Shown here piece by piece: positions 1 through 8,105 of a stretch of 64,000 bases of DNA. The notes under the pieces were generated by a model. That model was given only the letters and a program-made list of their open reading frames with translations. It had not been told where the DNA came from and ran no database searches. Source of the DNA: Gekko japonicus (lineage: Eukaryota); assembly GCF_001447785.1 (NCBI RefSeq), contig NW_015170904.1, positions 330,939-394,938 on the forward strand. Direction: 5' to 3'. A program made the translations under genes and the position numbers. Every line of letters starts with the position of its first letter. The stretch's first letter is position 1.

Positions 1-708
1 TTGAACGTGGTCTTAGATGCCCTAATGAAACCACCCTTCGAGCCACTCAGAGAAGTCGAGATGAGATGGTTGCGCATGAAGACGCTTTTTCTCGTAGCAA
101 TCACGTCAGCGAGAAGAGTTTCAGAATTGGGCGCACTGTCGGTGAAATCTTCATGCTGTACATTTCACAAGGACAAGGTGGTTCTCCTGACGGATCCCAC
201 CTTTCGACCCAAGGTTGATTCTAGATTTCATAGATCGCAAGAAATATGTTTGCCGACCTTCTGCCCTCAGCCTAAACACCCAAAAGAACGTCTTTGGCAT
301 ACACTAGACGTAAAAAGGGCCTTGAAAATTTACATAGCACGGACAGAATCTTGGAGAAAGTCTGATTCCTTGTTCGTGGGCATCTCCCCACCTCGCAAGG
401 GAGAAAAACTGTCAAAATCATCTTTAAGCGTGATTCTCAAATCTTGTATCGTAGAGGCTTATAAGGCGGTCGGTCGTACACCACCGATTGGGATAACGGC
501 ACATTCTTTGAGAAGCGCAGCTACTAACGCTGCTATTATGAATAGGGCTTCTGTGGAGGAGGTCTGTAAGGCTGCAACATGGTCGTCAGTTTCAACTTTT
601 ACAAGACACTACAAGATCCATACCATGGCATCTGCAGAAGCGGCCTTTGGCAGACGAGTTCTACAGCACGCAATTTCATGGGAAGAGGATGACAACCCAC
701 CCGAATAG
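1..708 (+). CDS. DIRS tyrosine recombinase, C-terminal 235 aa (5'-partial)
   Basis: Uninterrupted ORF with the YR catalytic R-H-R-Y residues: SARRVSEL, HSLRSAA, W in KAATWSS, FTRHY; also LDVKRAL, typical of vertebrate DIRS YR. Confidence 0.92.
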   Translation: MNVVLDALMKPPFEPLREVEMRWLRMKTLFLVAITSARRVSELGALSVKSSCCTFHKDKVVLLTDPTFRPKVDSRFHRSQEICLPTFCPQPKHPKERLWHTLDVKRALKIYIARTESWRKSDSLFVGISPPRKGEKLSKSSLSVILKSCIVEAYKAVGRTPPIGITAHSLRSAATNAAIMNRASVEEVCKAATWSSVSTFTRHYKIHTMASAEAAFGRRVLQHAISWEEDDNPPE

Positions 709-728
709 GGGACACTGCTCGGTGAGGT

Positions 729-819
729 CCCAGGCAGATGTCCTCCGCCTCAGAGGGAGAACGACCATTGGACACTTACCGTGAGTGGTCCTTCTCCTCT
801 GAGGACAGGAGGACATCTG
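729..819. repeat. DIRS internal complementary region (ICR)
   Basis: 62-bp perfect inverted match 758-819 / 1137-1198; 735-760 is also an imperfect inverted repeat of 793-819. Confidence 0.9.
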
Positions 820-1487
820 GGCCCTCCCGCTGTCATCTTCTCTTCTCTCTTTTCTCTGGCCATTCTGGCCGACTAACGTATCTGGTGCTGAGATTCTGTC
901 CTCCAAGTTCTTGTTCTTCATCTCTATCCCTGTTATTCGATAGAGTGAAAGTTTGTCGTAGTTAACTGTTCCCTGTTATGATAGTTCTTCTTTTTAAGGC
1001 AAGGTTAGTTTGTTAAAGACTGTGCAACTGCTCTTCGGAGTCCCAGAACTGGAGATGGGATATTCCAAGGGCGCCAACAGGAAGGGGAGAAAATCTACTT
1101 CCTGCCTCCCTATTGGCACGGTGGGAATAACCCAGGCAGATGTCCTCCTGTCCTCAGAGGAGAAGGACCACTCACGGTAAGTGTCCAATGGTCGTTCTAC
1201 CCTGGCAATCTAAGGAAATGCAAGGAAACCTTTTACTCACAGCGTATATGCAGGTAGGTGGAGGCATCTCTCCCTCTGACTATCTCATATGGACTCCATT
1301 TATACTCTGCTTCCTCAGGCTGGCCCTTGTTCTAAACCCTCTCATTTTTCTCAGAGATCTAATTTTGTTGTTCTCTCTCAAGATAAATGTGGAAGTTGTT
1401 TCTTTTTGCCTGTTGATTAAATCTCTTTCTTCTCCTGCAAGTTGATACTGCTCTTCCTTTGCAAATTGGCTACTGTGCTCCCATGTT

Positions 1488-1719
1488 GGGGAGGGACTGT
1501 GGCTCACTGGCAGAGCATCTGCTTGGCATACAGAAGGTCTCAGGTTCAATCCATGGCATCTCCAGTTAAAAGGATCAGGTAGGAGGTGATGTGAAAGACC
1601 TCAACCTAAGATCCTGTGGAGCCACTGCCGGTCTGAGTAAACAGTACTGACTCTGATGGACCAAGGGTCTGATGGACCAAGGGTCTGATAAGGCAGCCTC
1701 ATGTGTTCATGTTCATGGT
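1488..1719 (+). mobile_element. tRNA(Ala)-derived SINE with CR1-type (TGTTCA)n tail (Squam2-like)
   Basis: A box tggctcactgg and B box ggttcaatcc; tail catgtgttcatgttcatg; possible TSD catgtt; internal 16-bp tandem duplication tctgatggaccaaggg; second copy at 39016. Confidence 0.75.
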
Positions 1720-1739
1720 CATGTTTCCAGCAGGGAGTC

Positions 1740-1920
1740 TCCTATTGGTTCTCACCTCTTTATTGGGAAAATGCTTGAGCCACTAACTGCATGTGGCTTT
1801 GACCTCTGTCATCTGATATATATAAAAGCACTTTCCAGCTCTCCTATTGGCTGTGCTGTGCTCCATCAGACATTGGCCCATCAACCGCAACTCAAGAGTA
1901 CTTGCATGCCATTGACTGGG
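1740..1920. promoter_or_regulatory. Candidate CCAAT/TATA promoter module (outer end of left arm of inverted duplication)
   Basis: ATTGG at 1744, 1762, 1846, 1872 (degenerate at 1911) around TATATATAAAAG at 1817-1828; homologous to 7985-8105. Motif evidence only. Confidence 0.35.
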
Positions 1921-2158
1921 TGCTGGGTCTGCTCCTCTAGCCTGCCCACTGCCAGCCTGGCCATTGTTCCCTGACAGAATAAACGGCTAAAACTGCCAAA
2001 ATGGCTGTCTCTCCTGACAAAGATGCTTCACCTCCTTTCACTTCAGTGGCTGTTGCTAAGCAACCAAGCTTGGTTCTGTCAGTAAAATGTGAGGGGAGGA
2101 GGCCCTTTCCAGGCCTATTTTGGCCTTTGAGAGAAAACTCACTGGGGCCCATCCTGAC

Positions 2159-2377
2159 TAGGGTTGCCAGCTCCAGGTTGGGAAATTCTTGGAGATTTTG
2201 TGGTGGAGTCTATGGAAGGTAGAGTTTGGGGAGGGGAGAGGCCTCAGCTGAACAAAATGCCATAGAGCCCACCCTCCAAAGCAGTTATTTTCTCAGAGGG
2301 GGAGAGAGATCTGTTGTCTGGAGTTCAGTTGTGATACCAGGTGATCTTCAGGCTCCACCTGGAGGTTAGCTACCCTA
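2159..2377 (+). mobile_element. hAT-like MITE (TAGGGTTGCCA TIR family)
   Basis: Ends tagggttgcca / tagctacccta; related copies at 3016, 5880-6080, 6549-6770, 30924, 59911. Confidence 0.75.
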
Positions 2378-2466
2378 GGCCTGGCAGCGCCCTCTGGGTG
2401 ATTTGATGACACCTGACTGGCATGACTTTATGAGGCCTGGCTGCTTGCTCCTGTTCACCTCCAGCA

Positions 2467-2721
2467 GGATTTATATCCTGCCCTTCAGTACCCAAAGGAG
2501 TCAGAGTGGCTTACAATCCCTTCCCCTTCCCCTCCCTACAACAGACACCCTGTGAGGTAGGTGATGCTGAGAGAGCTCTCTCAAGAATGGCTCTTTCCAG
2601 AAAAGCTCTGAAAGAACTTATGACTGACCCAAGGTCATACCAGCAGCTGCATGTGGAGGAGTGAGGAATCAAACCCGGTTCTCCCAGATTAGAGTCCACA
2701 CTCTTAAGCACTGCTCCAACT
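2467..2721 (-). mobile_element. Squam3B-like SINE
   Basis: Reverse complement of the family at 32621 (tRNA head, MIR-core-like cctacctcacaggg). Confidence 0.85.
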
Positions 2722-2724
2722 AGG

Positions 2725-2915
2725 ACAGCCAGTGTGGCATAGCAGTTAGCACTTCAGAGCAGGGTCTGCCAGGTTCTTGCTGTGGAAGCTGAGTGGGTGA
2801 TTTCAGACCAGTCACAGACTTTCAGCCTAACCTACCTCACAGGGTTGTTGTGCAGATCGAAAGGGGGAGAGGAGAATGATGTGAGCTGCATTGGTCCCCA
2901 CGGTGGAGAAAGACA
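2725..2915 (+). mobile_element. Older Squam3/MIR-like SINE
   Basis: agcctaacctacctcacagggttgttgtg core; inverted paralog at 6365-6548. Confidence 0.7.
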
Positions 2916-3015
2916 GTACTTTTCTTAGGTAGAGGCTGCAGGGAGGGGGGAGGAGGTGGAAAGCTGAAGTCAGAGGGGCAGATAAAGGTAGGTTGATGGT
3001 TGGTTGGGAAGGAGA

Positions 3016-3260
3016 TAGGGTTGCCAACTCCGGGTTGGGAAATTTCTGGAGACTTGAGGGGTGGAGCCTGGAGAGGGTGGGGTTTGAGGAGGGGTGGGAC
3101 CTCAGACAGGTACAATGCCATAGACTCCACCCTCCACCCTTCTTTCCTGGGGAACCATTGTTGCCAATCTCCAGGTGAAGGCTGGAGATCACTCAGAATT
3201 ACAAGTGTTCTTCAGGTGGCAGTTCCCTAGGAGAAAATGGTAGACTCTGTGTCATTATAC
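3016..3260 (+). mobile_element. Two fused TAGGGTTGCCA-family MITE fragments
   Basis: tagggttgccaactcc at 3016, then gttgccaatctccagg (opposite end of the family) at about 3160. Confidence 0.65.
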
Positions 3261-4004
3261 ACAGAAAATTGATGCTGCGTGCCCAAGGCCGGGGTACCTG
3301 CCCAGAGCATCTAGAGCTCATTGTATTTATTTCCACAACGGGCCTTATTCCTAGTGTGTTATAATGAGTTAAGTGGGTCAGTGAGCAAGAGAATCCTCAT
3401 TCCTAGCAAATGTTGGGAATGAAATGGTTCTCTTAACAATATTTCTTTCAAGCAAAAAGTGGGGTTTTTTGTTCCATTCCTGTCTGCGTATCATTCTCCA
3501 AGAGATTCTGTTGTCCCTGAGTTTCCAGATGAAAGGATTTTTCATTCCCTAGATTTTATTTTTTGCTTTTTACTTAGGTAACAGTGGGTCATTTTAGAAG
3601 TTCCTGATTGCTCCTTATGGAGGTTCTGTTAAGAACAGTTCTCTTTCTGCACAATATTTCAGAATGGATATTTAAATTTATCTCCTGTTGCTGTGAAACT
3701 CAAAACAAGCCGTGTCATAGTCCTCTTCTGATACATTGTGCCCATGTTGATGTCACAAGTACAGCTGTCCCCACAGTCGTCTTTATGATGACATTTATGA
3801 TGACCTATGCAAACAGTTCCCCCTCCCCGTGATCTTTGCTGATAAAGAATACCACCTTGAAGAACAGTTATGGGCAAGAAGTCCTACTTTTCCTTCACCA
3901 TATGTGCTTTTATCATATGATGATTATAGGCTTCAGATCTGGGAACATGACACAGGGTCATGTAGGTCCCTAGTACGATGGTCCCAGTCCTCATGAGAGG
4001 GCTG

Positions 4005-4131
4005 TGTGTATGTGTAAAATGCCGTCAAGTCGCAGCCAACTTATGGCAACCCATAGGGTTTTCAAAGCAAGAGACGAACAGAGGTGGTTTGCCATAGCCT
4101 TCCTCTGCATAGCAACCCTGGGCATCCTTGG
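4005..4131 (-). mobile_element. 5S-Sauria-type SINE, 3' part
   Basis: tgccgtcaagtcgcagccaacttatggcaaccc is the reverse complement of the Sauria/BovB-type tail seen at about 29130-29160. Confidence 0.7.
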
Positions 4132-4399
4132 TAAGCATCAATAAACACTATGGCCAATAAATTCTATTGCTGTTGCTTTTTTAGGTAGCCTTCTTGTGGC
4201 AAACATACCATGCATTCGGGTTCATACCTGGAAAGCAGAACTGGTCTCTTTTTACCACAAACCTAATTTTTCTACATTTTTCCTGTTGCCTTTACTTCAT
4301 AGAGATGTCTTTGTGCTTTCTGCCCAGCAGAAAATTAGATTTTATATTGGAAACAACGAGGTAGGCTTAAAATTGCTATATGTCAACAAAGGGACGTAG

Positions 4400-4960
4400 C
4401 AAAATATTAAAACCTAAAGTCTGAATCCCTCACACTAGAACTACAGATGTTTAGAGCCAATCATTTTCTGTCTTGACAAAAACAGGCCTAAATAGCTGGA
4501 AGGTAGGTCACTCATGGGAAAGGGCTGTAATTTTCTGTGGAGACACAATTTGGGGAAACTATGATACAACTATAAAACAAATAATAGCCTGTCCTCCCTC
4601 ATATAAATGTTATAATTTCAACCCATTATCAATATCATTACAAGAGTCAACTACCTACTAAACTTGTATCCTGTCCGCAGGAACTTGTTCAGACTATGAA
4701 CGGATACTATAAATTGTGACTTATGGTTTAATAGGGGATAAATAAGAAGAAAAGGTTTAGTGGAACACAATTAAATATTGTCTAAGAAAGCTACTGCAGA
4801 GACATGTAGACTATTGCTGAAGATTTATGGACAAAGAAAATACCATCATGGTGCTGAGACAAAAGCTGAGTAAAAGATCAACCTGATTAATTTTTTTTTT
4901 AAAGATTACTTTTTTTTAAAGTAAGATATATTGATGCCAGATAACGGAGAAAAATGTTCT
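4400..4960 (+). mobile_element. Very decayed L1 ORF2 C-terminal remnant
   Basis: A-rich; broken similarity to L1 C-terminal H..W.C...FW and RLLL.KIW...IP motifs. Weak. Confidence 0.3.
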
Positions 4961-5111
4961 ATATCTCTGTAGTCACATAACAGGGAAATAAGTAGAAGAC
5001 AGAGAGCTTTATTCTGAGCATAGCTATGGATCATTTTCCTTGTGAGATGGAATTCTGGGTAGTCAGTTCCATATGAAATATATAAAACATCTGATGCAGT
5101 GAGCTTTGACT

Positions 5112-5368
5112 CAGTTTGGTGTAGTGGTTAAGTGTGTGGACTCTAATCTGGGAGAACCGGGTTTGATTCCCCACTCCTCCACTTGCACCTGGCTGGATGA
5201 CCTTGGGCAAGCCGCAGTTCTGTCAGAGCTTTTCTCTCAATGACAGTTCTGGAAAGAGCTCTCTCAGCCCCACCTACCTCACAGGGTGTCTGTTGTGGTG
5301 AGGGTAAGGGAAAGGAGTCTGTAAGCCGCACTGAGACTCTGAGTGAAGGTCGGGGTATAAATCCAATC
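5112..5368 (+). mobile_element. Squam3B-like SINE inserted in a Penelope remnant
   Basis: cagtttggtgtagtggttaag...ggtataaatccaatc; flanks match the Penelope pLTR seen at 20395 and 51915. Confidence 0.85.
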
Positions 5369-5686
5369 CCCCCGGGAAATTTTATTGGTCTCTAAGGTGC
5401 AACTGGACTTGAATTTTATGAAACGATTGCATATATAGTTTATGAGCAGTAAATCCCATTGTGAAAGCAATACAACGAACTCTAGAAAGATGTGATGTGT
5501 AATGAAAGCATAGGCTGGAAGCAGGTTAAGTACATGTTAGGAGTATGTAATAGAAAGACACAAATGTGGAAATAAAGTCTCTCATACCTTACGTTACACA
5601 ATACCTGGTGTCCAAGGTCACACAATGTGGGCCAGAAAATGCAGCGCACAGGTCTCCGCGGAGTCATTTCTACAATTAGGCACCCT

Positions 5687-5745
5687 CAATTGTTCCCTCT
5701 AAGCTGTGGAGTCTTGTGAGCAAAAATTCTTTTTCTCAGCTAACT
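5687..5745 (-). mobile_element. Terminal fragment of the hAT MITE at 35837
   Basis: tgttccctctaagctgtggagtcttgtgagcaaaaattc matches the reverse complement of 36001-36039. Confidence 0.75.
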
Positions 5746-6840
5746 ATTACCTCCACCTCTGACTGCAGCTGACTTCTGCCCTCCCTCCCTCCTGGAGACC
5801 GGTTGTAATTCTGAGTAATCTCCAACCCTCATCTGGAGATTGGCAACAATGATTCCCTAGGAGGGAATGGCTAGTTTGGAGGGTGGAGTCTATGACATTG
5901 TACCTGTCTGAGGTCCTACCCCTCCTCAAACCCCACCCTCTCCAGGCTCCACCCCTCAAATCTCCAGAAATTTCTATGACATTGTACCTGTCTGAGGTCC
6001 ACCCCTCCTCAAACCACACCCTCTCCAGGCTCCACCCATTAAATCTCCAGGAATTTCCCAACCTGGAGTTGGCAACCCTACCTCCTTCCCAGCCAAGCAT
6101 CAACTTGCCATTATTTGCCCCTCACTCTTCAGCTTCCCATCTCCCCCCCACACCTGCAGCCTCCACTGTGCTCTGAAGCCCTGACTGCCACATCACATTG
6201 GCTGCCATGGGGGGGGGGGCGCATCTCAGCAATGTAAAAGGACACAGAGTTCACAATTTTCTCCAGGGGAACTGATCTCTGCCATCTGGAGAGCAGTTGT
6301 AATTCTGAGTGATCTCCAGCCCTCACCTGGAGTTTGGCAACAAAGGTTTCCCAGGAGGAAAATTAGTCTTTCTTTGCAATGGGGACCAAAGCAGGTTACA
6401 TCATTCTCCTCTCCCCTTTTGGCTTGCACAACAACCCTGGGAGGTAGGTTAGGCTGAAAGTCTGTGACTGGTCCAAAATCACCCACTCAGCTTCTACAGC
6501 AAGTACCTGGATTTCAGAGACCGTGCTCCAAAGCACTGAGTGCTACGCCTAGGGTATCCAACCTCCAGGTGGAGCCTAAAGATCACCAGGTATCACAACT
6601 GAACTCCAGACAACAGATCTCTCCCCCCTCTGAGAAAATAACTGCTTTGGAAGGTGGGCTTTATGGCATTCTGTTCAGCTGAGGCCTCTCCTTTCCCCAA
6701 ACCCTGGCTTCCATAGATTCTATCAGAAAATCTCCAGGAATCTCCCTCCCTGGAGCTAGTCAAGACTGGCTCCAATGAGTTCCTCACAAATGCCTGCAAA
6801 GGGTTTCCTTCCGTTGTCTGAACCAAGCTTGGTTGCCCAC

Positions 6841-7636
6841 TGTGGTGAAACGGGCTCCAGTTTACAACTCAGCTGTTCGCCTCCCACCTTCATCCCTTGG
6901 GCGTATCTCACTCAAGTTCGCTGCCGCCACTCACTAAATTGTCACTGCCTTTTTAGAGGGTCACTTAGACCTCTCTGGGCGAATCGCCCTATTTGGAAAT
7001 GGAATCCCCAATCTTTGGGGGATCCCTGGAAAGTTGGCAACCCAAGGGTCTGGCCTTTCCTTGCCTCCTTGGGCTACCCTCTCCCTTTGTTATTGTGCAG
7101 AGCAGGGGAGACTATGTGGTCAGAGCACAACACAGATTATTAGCCCAAATAAAAGAATTTAACTATTTACACAGTTATGGAGCACACACACATCCTACAC
7201 ACCAGTCTCTCGCTCTCTGCTCTAGCCTCTCTCTTCCTGCCCAAGAGAGCAGGGAAACTTCCACTCATTCTCCAGTCCAGCCGACTGTGGAGTGGCTAAA
7301 TTTCTGCTGCTTGTGGCCTGGACAGTCTGGTCAGCACAGGCAGCAGGAGCCTTTCCTAACGGCCTGCAGGACAAAAACGTCCTCCTCCCTGGATGGGGTG
7401 CAGTCTATATTGATGCCACCCCGCGCAATGGGACAGTCCCTGTTTTCCCGCCCTTTTCTGCCTTGGGGCAGCTGGGAACTGTAGTCGAGCAGATGAGGAA
7501 GCCCCATTCAACCCAGTGTCCCTACAGGTCCCTCTCTGGAACTACAGCTCAATTAAACCTTATGGCGGAACATTTTAAACAGACAACCACAGAAAGCAGC
7601 CATCTTACAAACACAGGTAACTACTATTTCGTTACA
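6841..7636. mobile_element. Solo LTR (796 bp)
   Basis: Termini TGTGGTGAAA...TTTCGTTACA; TSD cccac/cctac; empty site present in the left arm at about 2055-2061. Confidence 0.75.
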
Positions 7637-7671
7637 CCTACCAACAGCCACTGAGGGAAAGGTTACTCCCA

Positions 7672-7890
7672 GTACCTGGCTGGATGACCTTGGGCAAGCC
7701 ATAGTTCTGATAAGAGCTGTTCTTGAAAAAGAGCAGTTTCTGTCAGAGCTCTCTCAGCCCCACCTACCCTCACAGGGTGTCAGTTGTGGGGAGGGGAAGG
7801 GAAAGGAGCTTGTAAGCCACTCTGAGACTCCCTTGGGTAGTGAAGGGCGGGGTATAAATCCAATCTCTTCTCTCTTCTTCATCTTCTTCT
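7672..7890 (+). mobile_element. 5'-truncated Squam3B-like SINE
   Basis: Matches 32700-32908, with (CTT)n tail. Confidence 0.85.
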
Positions 7891-7984
7891 TCCCACACAG
7901 GTGGCAAGCAGGAGAAGTGTCTTCGTCAAGACAGAAAGCCATTTGCCAGGAATTCTGTCAGGGCAGAGTGGCTGAAGGGGTAGT

Positions 7985-8105
7985 GGGCGGGGAACAGACC
8001 CAGCACCTGGCCAATGGCACGCGAGTACTCTTGAGTGGCAGCTGACAGGCCAATGGCTGAGGGCAAGCGTGGAATGTGGCCACCCCAAAACAGGATTATA
8101 ATATA
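7985..8105 (+). promoter_or_regulatory. Candidate GC-box/CCAAT/TATA promoter module (outer end of right arm)
   Basis: GGGCGGGG at 7985, ggCCAATggc at 8011 and 8050, TATAATATA at 8097. Motif evidence only. Confidence 0.35.

Larger units (their letters stand above)
1..1198 (+). mobile_element. DIRS1-like tyrosine-recombinase retrotransposon, 3' portion (YR ORF, ICR, right ITR/terminus); continues upstream of the window
   Basis: YR ORF followed by an internal complementary region: 758-819 is the exact reverse complement of 1137-1198, and 729-746 is directly repeated at 1131-1148. This is the DIRS ICR/ITR architecture. Confidence 0.93.
1785..3260. repeat. Left arm of old inverted segmental duplication (partner about 5760-8125)
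   Basis: Colinear reverse-complement similarity, including non-TE sequence such as gaaccaagcttggttgc, caacagccactga and cagacccagcacc...agtactcttgagt. Confidence 0.8.

Noticed and set aside
2384-2401. CTCF-like motif (cacccagagggcgctg on minus strand)
   Set aside because: Mismatch in the conserved 5' CC and absent from the duplicated arm; motif alone is insufficient.
7292-7654. 120-aa ORF with signal-peptide-like N-terminus (MAKFLLLVAW...)
   Set aside because: GTG start, lies inside the solo LTR, no recognisable domain.
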